A stretch of 64,000 bases of DNA from Myxococcota bacterium. GTDB lineage: Bacteria; Myxococcota_A; UBA796; UBA2385. The notes beneath the pieces were generated by a model. It was not told the origin of the DNA, made no database searches, and worked only from the letters and a program-made list of their open reading frames with translations. The stretch spans positions 480,001 to 544,000 of the forward strand of contig JBIJDH010000001.1 of the NCBI GenBank assembly GCA_044344255.1, written 5' to 3'. Shown here in pieces: positions 56,601 through 64,000 of this stretch. Position 1 is the first letter of the stretch; each line of letters opens with the position of its first letter. The translations under genes and the position numbers were made by a program.

Positions 56601-59600
56601 TCTCCCGCGCCGCGGTGGGCTCGGAGGTCTTCCTCGAGATGGCGACCTTCGTGCAGCACTGGAAGGTGCCCGTGCGCGACAGCGTCACCCTGCTCGCCCG
56701 TGGAGTGGAGGAGAGCCTCCGGGTGGGCAACCTGTCCACCTTTGGCTTCTGCGCGAACCAGCGCTTCGACCACGCCTTCTACGCGGGCGAAAAGCTCCCC
56801 GCCCTCGACGCCACCTACGGGCAGATCCGCCAGTCGCTCATCGACAACAAGCAGGCCCTCGCCCTCATCGGCATGGACCCCTTCGGGCAGGTCGTCTCCT
56901 GCCTCCGCGGCGAGGCGGGAGACCCGCGTCTCCTCGACGGCGGGCGCTTCCAGCTCGACGTCATGCTGCCCGTGCTCATCCAGAACGGCTTCTGGCCAGG
57001 GGTGCTCTTCGCCTCCACCGCCGGCATCATGCTCGCCACGCTCTTCGGGGACGACGACCGGGCCGTCACCATCGCCGACAAAGAAGCGCCGTGGATCCTG
57101 GCGCCGCCCTGCAGCGCGATGTTCCCGCTCGTGCTCCGGCTCTGGTACCGCGCCCTCTCTCAGGTGCGCCGGCTGGCCCACCTGTCGGGAGAGGAGCGCA
57201 CAGCCGCCGAGGCGGAGATCGCCGACACGCGCGGCCGCCTCACGGTCTGGGCAGACCGCGCCCCGATGAACCACGCCCACCGCCGCGCCCTCCTCGAGGC
57301 CGAGATCGCTCGGGCAGCGGGGGACGGGGGCCGGGCGATGGTGCAGTTCGACGAGGCCGTCCGCCTCGCCGGGCAGCACGGCTTCATCCAAGACGAAGCG
57401 TTCGCCGCCGAGCGGGCCGCCGAATTCCATCGCGCCGAAGGGCGGGTCTTGCCGGCCCAGGCCTACGCCGCCGCCGCGCTCCGCCTCTGGCGGGCCTGGG
57501 GCGCCACCGCCAAGGCCGAGGACGTCCACCAGCGCTTCAGCGATCTCCTCTCTACCGAGCCGGTCCACGAGGGCGGCCCCTCCGGCAGCCGGGCGCTCGA
57601 CATCGACACCGTGGTCAAGGCCAGCAGCGCGATCAGCGCCGAGATCGTGCTGGAGCGCCTCCTCGGCCGGGTCATGCAGATCCTGGTCGAGAACGCCGGC
57701 GCCGAGTGGGGCTGCCTCATCCTCACCCGCGGCGACCGCCTGTTCATCCAGGCCCGCAGCAGCGCCGAGGGGGGCAAGGGCTCCGTCCGCATCACCGACA
57801 TCCCCCTCGAAGACCAGACCGAGGTGCCGAGCTCGATCGTCCGCTACGCTTCCCGCACCCAGCAGAGCGTCCTCCTCGGGGACGCCTCGCTCGAGGGTCT
57901 GTTCACGAATGATCCCGCGGTCATCGCCCGACGCGTCCGCTCGGTCGTGGCGCTCCCCCTCGTCCGCCAGGGCAAGCTCATCGCGGTCCTCTACCTGGAG
58001 AACAACCTGACAGCGGAGGCCTTCCCGCCGAGCCGCCTCGAGCTGCTGCGGATGCTGTCGAGCCAGGCCGCCACCAGCATCGAGAACGCGGTGCTCTACA
58101 CGGAGCTCGCCGCCTACTCTTCCGAGCTCGAGGCCAAGAACGAGCGGCTCACCGAGCTCGACCGCATGCGGGACGAGTTCATGGCCAACACGTCCCACGA
58201 GCTCCGAACGCCGCTGCACGGCATCATCGGCATCGCGCAGTCGCTCGCCGACGGCGTGGCCGGGGTGGCGTCGGGGCCCATGCTCACCAACCTCGAGATG
58301 ATCGTCTCAAGCGGGAAGCGGCTCTCCAACCTCGTCAACGACATCCTCGACTTCTCTACCCTCCAGCACCGGCGGATCGAGCTGCGGCCCGCCCCTGTGC
58401 GCGTGCAAGACCTCGTGCGCATCGTGGCCGCCTTGTCCTTGCCGCTCATCGGTGGGAAGCCCGTGCGGCTCGAGGTGGAGCTCTCCGAGGCCCTGCCGCC
58501 GGTGTGGGCCGACGCGGACCGCATCCAGCAGGTCCTCCACAACCTGATCGGCAACGCCATCAAGTTCACCGATCGGGGATCGGTGGTGGTGTCCGCCCGG
58601 ATGGAGCTGAGCGGGGCGGGCAGTGAGCGGCTGAGGCTGTCGGTGCAGGACTCCGGAATCGGCATCAGCCCCGAGGTGCAGTCCCGCATCTTCGAGAGCT
58701 TTGAACAGGCTGACTCCTCGACTTCGCGGGTCTTCGGCGGCACCGGCCTCGGCCTCGCCGTCGCCAAGCAGCTCGTCCTGCTCCACGGCGGCGAGATCGG
58801 CGTCGAGTCGAGCCCCGGGGCGGGCTCCACCTTCTCTTTCACCCTGCCCGTGGCCGAGGGCGCGCAGCTCCTCGTCGAGCGGCGCCCAGCGCCCACACTC
58901 ACACCCACACCCACACTCACCGCAGCCCTCGCCGACGAGGCCGCCCCCACCGACCTCGTGCCGGTGACCGTCGAGCCCACCGGCACCCTTGTGCTCGTCG
59001 TCGACGACGAGCCGGTCAACCTCCAGGTGCTCATCAACCAGCTCGGCCGTCAGGGCTACCGGGTGGTGACGGCGCTCTCCGGCCCGGAGGCCCTCCGCCT
59101 CCTCAACCAGGGCCTCCGCCCCGACATGGTGCTGCTCGACGTGATGATGCCCACGATGTCCGGCTACGAGGTCTGCCGAGCCATCCGGACCCGGCACCCC
59201 GCCAATGAGCTGCCCGTCATCATGCTCACCGCCCGCAACCAGCCGAGCGACGTGGTGGCCGGGCTCGAGGCAGGCGCCAACGACTATGTGGCCAAGCCCT
59301 TCGGCAGCGTCGAGCTCCTGGCCCGGATGCGCACCCACATGCAGGTGGCCCGCGTCAACCAGGCGATCGGCCGCTTCGTGCCCCACGACTTCCTCCGCTT
59401 GCTCGGTCGGGAGTCGATCCTCGAGGTGCGGCTCGGCGACAACGTCGAGCGAGTGATGTCGGTGATGTTCAGCGACATCCGCGCCTTCGGCTCGCTCAGC
59501 GAGGGCATGACCCCCTCGGAGAACTTCGCCTTCATCAACGACTACCTCGGCGCCATGGAGCCCGAGGTGAGCGCCCAGCACGGCTTCATCGACAAGTACA

Positions 59601-60169
59601 TCGGCGACGGCATCATGGCCCTCTTCGACCGCAGCCCCGATGACGCCCTCCAGGCCGGCCTCGGCATGCTGCGGGCGCTCGCCGCCTTCAACACACGCCG
59701 ACAGGCGCAAGGTCGCGCCCCCATCGGCATCGGCGTGGGCATCAACACCGGGCGCCTGATGCTCGGGGCGGTGGGCGGTGTCACGCGGATGGAGAGCACC
59801 GTCGTCAGTGACGCGGTCAACATCGCGGCCCGCGTCGAGACGCTGACGAAGGCCTATGGCGCGCCGCTGTTGATCACGGAGGACACGCTCCACGGACTCT
59901 CCGAGCCCCTGCGCTGGGGCACTCGGCTCCTCGACCGGGTGCTCGTGAAGAGCAAGCGGGAGCCGGTGACGGTCCACGAGGTCTTCGAAGGGGACAGCCC
60001 CTCGGTCCGGGCCGGCAAGGGCGAAACCCGGCCCCTCTTCGAGGCCGGCGTGCGGGCCTTCCACCGTGGGGAGCTCGACCTCGCCCGCGAGATGTTCGAG
60101 CAGTGTGTGGCGCGGGTGCCCGACGACCTCCCCGCGCGGCTGTACCTCGGGCGCTGCAACCCGGACTGA
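53630..60169 (+). CDS. Multidomain signalling protein: degenerate Ser/Thr kinase, AAA ATPase, GAF, His kinase, receiver, class III nucleotide cyclase
   Basis: YISPEQTGR, GPSGIGKT, FLDDLQW, GGNPFF, LYLENN, SHELRTPL, NLIGNAIKF, GGTGLGL, VVDD/LLDVMMP, FSDIR, DKYIGD, DAVNIAAR. Confidence 0.95.
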   Translation: MQSIAGYVLGERVTGGGSSALFRAVEESTSDRVLVRLLKAPYQSGRHLAQFRRDFELSRQVNTPGILQPRALVAAPTGPVLVFDDPSARPLGALLRPVPHFPALLELTIAICKVVAEVHAAGVVHKQLDPDTIFVQSNPMGPPRIWITGFGVASRLQHHTQAAGDPGQLDGWLPYISPEQTGRMNRSIDHRSDLYSLGVIFYELLTGSLPFQADEPIGWVHAHIARRPTPPEERRGDTPHALAQLVLKLLAKNADDRYQSTRGLLRDLERLQRDLQQTGGFGAFTPGEQDVSDRFILPEQLFGREAEVAELLTAFDGVAAGGKAAMLVTGPSGIGKTALIQEVQRPLVEKRGLFISGKSDQFRRDLPYAPLIGAMRELVRQVLTAPAVEIGRWRRRVQEALKDNARVVVDVIPEVEFLVGETQPVAELPAAESRTRLQRAFIAFVQVFARPDHPVVLFLDDLQWIDPSSLDLLSEVLASPATGGLLLLGGIRPEGLLANEPLPAAIDRWRSAELPVQTITLGPLSAASVLHIVQATLDDAGPNVEPLSRVILEKTGGNPFFVGRFLQALHADGLIRFDEQVGRWTWELDRIAALVVGEHVVELMHERIGRLSGPTRAALELGACIGARFPLPLLAEVMGRPPAEVAAALWSAVEADLIHPDTAVLSAEGSTVGSTVGSTVGSTVGSTVGGEDLPVSFRFAHDRIQEAAYNRVPPTERSALHLRIGRILLQSEGTADEQLFSVVDHLNQAIPLLAAGSPDRHRLAALNARAGQRARASGAYTPARAWFETGLELLGEGEGELDTRVLLLAGAAETAVLTADVARGLTLTDQLLQVARTPIERARAHEIRVSIHNNQMRMSDAVQEVLVVLDLLGYPVAPPAGPEDFPLGLAQVHAGMAGRSFDALGELPELEDGAALSALNVIAHALPSAGMGAPHLFAPLLFRGIGICLTQGVSPAAPTIFSSYGTLLSAIGDPDTGYEFARLAMHLWHRFSRAAVGSEVFLEMATFVQHWKVPVRDSVTLLARGVEESLRVGNLSTFGFCANQRFDHAFYAGEKLPALDATYGQIRQSLIDNKQALALIGMDPFGQVVSCLRGEAGDPRLLDGGRFQLDVMLPVLIQNGFWPGVLFASTAGIMLATLFGDDDRAVTIADKEAPWILAPPCSAMFPLVLRLWYRALSQVRRLAHLSGEERTAAEAEIADTRGRLTVWADRAPMNHAHRRALLEAEIARAAGDGGRAMVQFDEAVRLAGQHGFIQDEAFAAERAAEFHRAEGRVLPAQAYAAAALRLWRAWGATAKAEDVHQRFSDLLSTEPVHEGGPSGSRALDIDTVVKASSAISAEIVLERLLGRVMQILVENAGAEWGCLILTRGDRLFIQARSSAEGGKGSVRITDIPLEDQTEVPSSIVRYASRTQQSVLLGDASLEGLFTNDPAVIARRVRSVVALPLVRQGKLIAVLYLENNLTAEAFPPSRLELLRMLSSQAATSIENAVLYTELAAYSSELEAKNERLTELDRMRDEFMANTSHELRTPLHGIIGIAQSLADGVAGVASGPMLTNLEMIVSSGKRLSNLVNDILDFSTLQHRRIELRPAPVRVQDLVRIVAALSLPLIGGKPVRLEVELSEALPPVWADADRIQQVLHNLIGNAIKFTDRGSVVVSARMELSGAGSERLRLSVQDSGIGISPEVQSRIFESFEQADSSTSRVFGGTGLGLAVAKQLVLLHGGEIGVESSPGAGSTFSFTLPVAEGAQLLVERRPAPTLTPTPTLTAALADEAAPTDLVPVTVEPTGTLVLVVDDEPVNLQVLINQLGRQGYRVVTALSGPEALRLLNQGLRPDMVLLDVMMPTMSGYEVCRAIRTRHPANELPVIMLTARNQPSDVVAGLEAGANDYVAKPFGSVELLARMRTHMQVARVNQAIGRFVPHDFLRLLGRESILEVRLGDNVERVMSVMFSDIRAFGSLSEGMTPSENFAFINDYLGAMEPEVSAQHGFIDKYIGDGIMALFDRSPDDALQAGLGMLRALAAFNTRRQAQGRAPIGIGVGINTGRLMLGAVGGVTRMESTVVSDAVNIAARVETLTKAYGAPLLITEDTLHGLSEPLRWGTRLLDRVLVKSKREPVTVHEVFEGDSPSVRAGKGETRPLFEAGVRAFHRGELDLAREMFEQCVARVPDDLPARLYLGRCNPD
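55634..55693. repeat. Perfect 12-bp tandem repeat x5 (GGCTCCACCGTG) encoding (GSTV)5
   Basis: Read directly from sequence. Confidence 0.95.
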
Positions 60170-60248
60170 GATCGATCCCGCCGGTCGCGCCGGGGTCGCG
60201 CCGAGGTCGCGCCCCCGAGCGCGGCCGGCCCCTCGTCACCCAAAGCCC

Positions 60249-62234
60249 TCACTCCGCCGAGGCCGGGTCCCAGTCGACCTCCACCGCGCCGCCCTCGACC
60301 AGGGTGACCCGATAGTTGGCCGGGACATCGGCGTAGGTGTCGACCGCGCCCCCGGGCCAGGTCACCTCGACGGCGGTGATCGAGCAGGACGCGCCGAGGC
60401 CGAAGCTGAGCTCGGTGTCGTGCTGCATCCCCATGTGGCCGTAGCCGCCGCCCAGCTCCTGAACCTGGGTGTTGCCATCGTCGGTCGTGACCTCGACGCG
60501 GGCCCCGATCCCGGCCCGGTTCGCGGCCTCGCCGGCGAGCTTGATCCGGACCATGTTCCCGCCGCCGAGCCCGTTCTCGAAGAGGTGGACCTCGTGGGTG
60601 GTCCACGGTGTGCCGCTCCGCGACGTAGAGGAGCCGGTGACCACGTCGAGATCACCGTCCCGATCGAAGTCGGCGACGACCCCACCGGCCGGCCACTCGA
60701 GGGCGATGCCCGCCGGCTCCGCCACCTCCTCGAAGGCGCCCGGGGCGACCTGGCGGTACAGGAACATCCGCCCGCCCGGATAGTCGGTCGTGACGAGCAG
60801 GATGTCCTTCCAACCATCATTGTCGAAGTCCAGGAAAGCGGCGAAGAGATCGCCCTCGTTCCAGCTCGCGGAGGCCCACTCGCGGGCGAGGCCGTTGGTG
60901 TCGTTGCCCGGGCGGGTGAAGGTGCCAGCGCCGTCGTTCAAGAGCAGCTCGGAGGCGTCTGAGCTCTCGCCGATGTGCCAGTGCTTGATCTCCGCGTTGT
61001 AGAGGTCGTTGTCGCCGTCGTTGTCGATGTCGCCGCAGACGGTGGTGAAGGTGTTTCCGGCCAGCCGCGCAGGCTGGTCGTCCCAGCCGGGCACCCAGTA
61101 GCTGGCGTAGGTGGCGCAGGTGGCCTCATCGAAGGCGGGGGCCTCGGGGGAGGGGTCGCAGCCGTAGACCGAGCAATAACAAAGGTAGAACTGATTGTCC
61201 GAGTAGTCGAGCTTGTCATCGGCTGCGGCGCCGCTCTCCTGACCGACCTCGGTGAAGAGGGCCGCACCGTCGTTCATCCACTGCTGGTTCCAAGCGCGCC
61301 CATAGTTGGAGGCGAGGAGGTCTGGTGCAGCGTCGCCGTCGAGGTCGCAGGCGTTGGCGGCGAAGGCGGGGCGCCGGGCCTCGCCGTCGAGCCAGTCGGA
61401 GGTGGCGGTGCCCCGCTTCATGAACAGTCCGGCGGTGCCGGTGATGTCGGTGAAGGTGCCGTCACCCTGCCCGAGGTAGAGGTGCTGCTGCTCGGCGTAG
61501 AGGTATCCGTACTCGTGGTACCAGCCGACGACGTAGAGGTCGAGCTTGCCGTCCTGATCGACGTCGGTGAAGCTAGCGCCGGTCGTGGCGTAGCCATCGT
61601 CCACGAAGAGGTCGCTCTGTGGGGCGAGGACGAAGGTGCCATCCCCCTGGTTCAACAGCAGCTCGTTACGATCGCCGGGGTCGGCCTCGGCGTTCGAGCC
61701 GTCGTAGAACTGCCCGGCGAAGACGTCGAGGTCCCCATCGTTGTCCACGTCCCCGAAGACATGCACGACGCTGGCGCGGCCGATCTGGTTGGCGTCGCCC
61801 ACCCGCGGCGCGAAGAGCCCCCGCTCCAGGGTCTCATCGACGAAGGTGCGGCCCCCGCCCTCGGCGGGGCGGTTCATCAGCAGCCAGTGGTAGCGGGTGC
61901 CGGCCTCGAAGTCGTCCCGCCCGAAGGCGGTGCCCTCGCTGGCGATGAGGTCCGGGTAGCCGTCCTGATCGACGTCCGCGGCAGAGAACCGGGTGCCGAG
62001 CACGCCCTCGAGGCCCCAGGCGGCGGTCTCCTCGGAGAACGCGGCCTCACCGGCCCACTCCACCGCGGAATTGCAGATGGGAGGGGGGCTCTCCTCCCCA
62101 ACCCCACCGCTGTCCGAGCCACCGGGGCCCGGCTCCGCCTTGCCAGCCTCTCCCCCGGAGCAGGCGAGGGCGAGGGCCAGGGCCAGGGCGAGGATGGGGG
62201 AGGAGAAGACGCTCAGGGTGACCCGCGGGGACAT
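60249..62234 (-). CDS. FG-GAP repeat / ASPIC-UnbV (CRTAC1-like) lipoprotein
   Basis: Lipobox LAC; repeated DxDxDGxxD motifs; C-terminal NRAGIGARVEV...FGLG...VTWPGG. Confidence 0.9.
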   Translation of the reverse strand: MSPRVTLSVFSSPILALALALALACSGGEAGKAEPGPGGSDSGGVGEESPPPICNSAVEWAGEAAFSEETAAWGLEGVLGTRFSAADVDQDGYPDLIASEGTAFGRDDFEAGTRYHWLLMNRPAEGGGRTFVDETLERGLFAPRVGDANQIGRASVVHVFGDVDNDGDLDVFAGQFYDGSNAEADPGDRNELLLNQGDGTFVLAPQSDLFVDDGYATTGASFTDVDQDGKLDLYVVGWYHEYGYLYAEQQHLYLGQGDGTFTDITGTAGLFMKRGTATSDWLDGEARRPAFAANACDLDGDAAPDLLASNYGRAWNQQWMNDGAALFTEVGQESGAAADDKLDYSDNQFYLCYCSVYGCDPSPEAPAFDEATCATYASYWVPGWDDQPARLAGNTFTTVCGDIDNDGDNDLYNAEIKHWHIGESSDASELLLNDGAGTFTRPGNDTNGLAREWASASWNEGDLFAAFLDFDNDGWKDILLVTTDYPGGRMFLYRQVAPGAFEEVAEPAGIALEWPAGGVVADFDRDGDLDVVTGSSTSRSGTPWTTHEVHLFENGLGGGNMVRIKLAGEAANRAGIGARVEVTTDDGNTQVQELGGGYGHMGMQHDTELSFGLGASCSITAVEVTWPGGAVDTYADVPANYRVTLVEGGAVEVDWDPASAE

Positions 62235-62473
62235 GGAACCTCCATCGGCGACGAGACAAATAGCACCTCGCGAACGGTGCGGGCAGGCCGACCGCGAAGT
62301 CCAGCGCACCATCCGCGACGCCGAGCGGCTCAACTCCCCTGGGCCGCAGGTCCAACAGTTCGCGGGATCTACTTGACCGCGGGCCCCCCCTCTCTGTTAG
62401 TCTCCCGCACCTTCGGAGGCGTCCCGCGGCGCCCCGCCTCCCAGCATCGTCCGGAGCGAGAGAACAGCAGGCC

Positions 62474-63343
62474 ATGGTAGCAATCGTCGGCTACATCATC
62501 GTCCTCGCGGCCATCGTGGGGGGCTTCATCGGTGAAGGCGGGAGCGTCTCCGCCTTCTGGCAGCCCTGGGAGTACGTCATCATCCTGGGGGCCGCGCTCG
62601 GCTCCTTCGTGATCGGCAACCCGGCCAAGGTCATCAAGGCCGTCCTCCATGACGTCGCGGGGATCTTCAAAGGAAAAGACAGGGCGAAGCAAGATTATCT
62701 TGATCTTCTCCTCTTGCTGATGCAGCTCTTCCAAGTGGCCCGCCGGGAGGGCGTGATCGCGCTCGAGTCCCACGTGACGAAGCCGGGCGACAGTCCGGTG
62801 TTCCGGCAGTACGAGAGCGTGGTCAAGAACACCGAGCTCACGGACTACATTTGTGACAATCTGAAGGTCTTCGTGTCGTCGAACATGCAGCCGCACGAGT
62901 TCGACAACCTCATGGAGATCGATCTCGAGAGCCGCTACCACCACGCGATGGTGTCGTCCCTGTCGGTGAACAAGCTCGCCGAGGCGCTACCTGGCCTCGG
63001 CATCGTGGCGGCCGTGCTGGGCGTGGTGCTCACCATGAACAACATGGGCGCCGCGCCCGAGGTCCTCGGCCACTCCATCGGCGCCGCCCTCGTCGGCACC
63101 CTGCTCGGCGTGCTCTGCTGTTACGGCCTCGTGGGCCCCCTCGCCACGAACCTCGAGCACCGGGCGCACGAGATCCAGTCCGAGTGCAATGTGGTGCGCG
63201 CCTCCCTCCTCGCGTTCGCCCAGGGGCAGTCCCCGGGCAGCGCGGTCGAGGCTGGCCGTCGTGCCGTCGGCGGGCACGACCGCCCCGGCTTCGACGAGCT
63301 CGACGCCGCGACCCGTGGTGGCAAGAAGCCGGAGGGCGCATGA
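62474..63343 (+). CDS. motA: Flagellar-type motor stator MotA
   Basis: ARREGVIALE, EALPGLGIVAAVLGVV, IGAALVGTLLG, AVEAGRR. Confidence 0.94.
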   Translation: MVAIVGYIIVLAAIVGGFIGEGGSVSAFWQPWEYVIILGAALGSFVIGNPAKVIKAVLHDVAGIFKGKDRAKQDYLDLLLLLMQLFQVARREGVIALESHVTKPGDSPVFRQYESVVKNTELTDYICDNLKVFVSSNMQPHEFDNLMEIDLESRYHHAMVSSLSVNKLAEALPGLGIVAAVLGVVLTMNNMGAAPEVLGHSIGAALVGTLLGVLCCYGLVGPLATNLEHRAHEIQSECNVVRASLLAFAQGQSPGSAVEAGRRAVGGHDRPGFDELDAATRGGKKPEGA

Positions 63344-63378
63344 CGTCCTCCCTTCCCCGATGGTGAGGGCGTCGCGGC

Positions 63379-64000
63379 ATGGCTGAAGAGAAGCGCCCAA
63401 TCCTCATCAAGAAGGTCAAGAAGGCCGGCCACTCCGCCCACGGCGGGAGCTGGAAGGTGGCCTATGCTGACTTCGTGACGGCGATGATGGCCTTCTTCCT
63501 CCTCATGTGGCTGCTGTCGATGATCGACCCCGTCAAGAAGGAGGCGGTGGCCTCCTACTTCAACGAGTACAGCGTCTACGACAAGGGCGGTCGGCCCTTT
63601 TACGAGTCCGAGAAGCTGGGAAAGCAGGATCGCGGCGCCATCACGAACATCTTCCCCCGCCCGCGGAATGTCCCTCGGACCTCCGGCACCGGCGCCAACG
63701 CGCCCGGCGGCCTGGACACGGATTCCAACGGGCAGATCGCAGGGGACCTCCAATGGATCTACGAGCAGCGCACCCCTGACTTCATCGACCAGCTGCAGAT
63801 CGACCAGTTCGCCGGCGGTGTGCGCATCAACATCATGGACGCAGAGGGGCGGCCCATCTTTGAGTCCGGCAGCGACACTCCGACCGCCGAGGGGCGGAAG
63901 CTCCTCGAGGTGACCGGGGCCTACCTGCAGACCATCCGCCGCCGCGTCGCGATCGGCGGCCACACCGACACCACCCCCTATGCCTCGGCGGTCTACACCA
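63379..64000 (+). CDS. motB: Flagellar-type motor stator MotB, 3' truncated by the window edge
   Basis: Hand translation: MAEEKRPILIKKVKKAGHSAHGGSWKVAYADFVTAMMAFF...VAIGGHTD (OmpA-like). Confidence 0.93.
   Translation, partial: MAEEKRPILIKKVKKAGHSAHGGSWKVAYADFVTAMMAFFLLMWLLSMIDPVKKEAVASYFNEYSVYDKGGRPFYESEKLGKQDRGAITNIFPRPRNVPRTSGTGANAPGGLDTDSNGQIAGDLQWIYEQRTPDFIDQLQIDQFAGGVRINIMDAEGRPIFESGSDTPTAEGRKLLEVTGAYLQTIRRRVAIGGHTDTTPYASAVYT

Noticed and set aside
53510..58219. 1569-aa minus-strand ORF, and the many other Arg/Pro/Gly-rich alternative-frame ORFs
   Set aside because: Shadow ORFs of real genes; stop codons are scarce at this GC content
62474..64000. Zorya (ZorAB) defence system
   Set aside because: MotA is normal length without the long ZorA tail and MotB has the canonical flagellar motif

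Overview
Very GC-rich (about 70% or more by eye), gene-dense bacterial chromosome segment, most consistent with a Myxococcota-like organism (many Cys-lipoproteins, PPC/FG-GAP surface proteins, a near-perfect Myxococcus-type LexA box). About 48 CDS; no rRNA, tRNA, CRISPR array, transposase or integrase was seen. Recognisable genes: GH13-LamB-GH13 maltodextrin locus, plsB, CBS/CGL transsulfuration pair, thiolase, nadE, a sigma-70 factor, RsmB-family methyltransferase, glgA, truB, rsmG-mnmG and motAB. Best candidates for undescribed biology: (1) a coupled pair of STAND-like ATPases plus a small Cys-rich protein behind a promoter overlapped by 16-bp direct repeats (possible conflict/defence module); (2) an operon of class-III aminotransferase, fused LuxE-LuxC, GT-C-like membrane protein and dipeptidase (possible acid-to-aldehyde-to-amine pathway); (3) a WYL regulator with an upstream LexA box, coupled to an unknown protein; (4) several intact-frame enzymes lacking catalytic residues (ALDH, prenyltransferase, kinase, PP2C-like, UshA-like); (5) apparent CTG start codons; (6) a thioredoxin-octaheme cytochrome fusion. 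All family assignments come from recognising motifs by eye; no database search was run.
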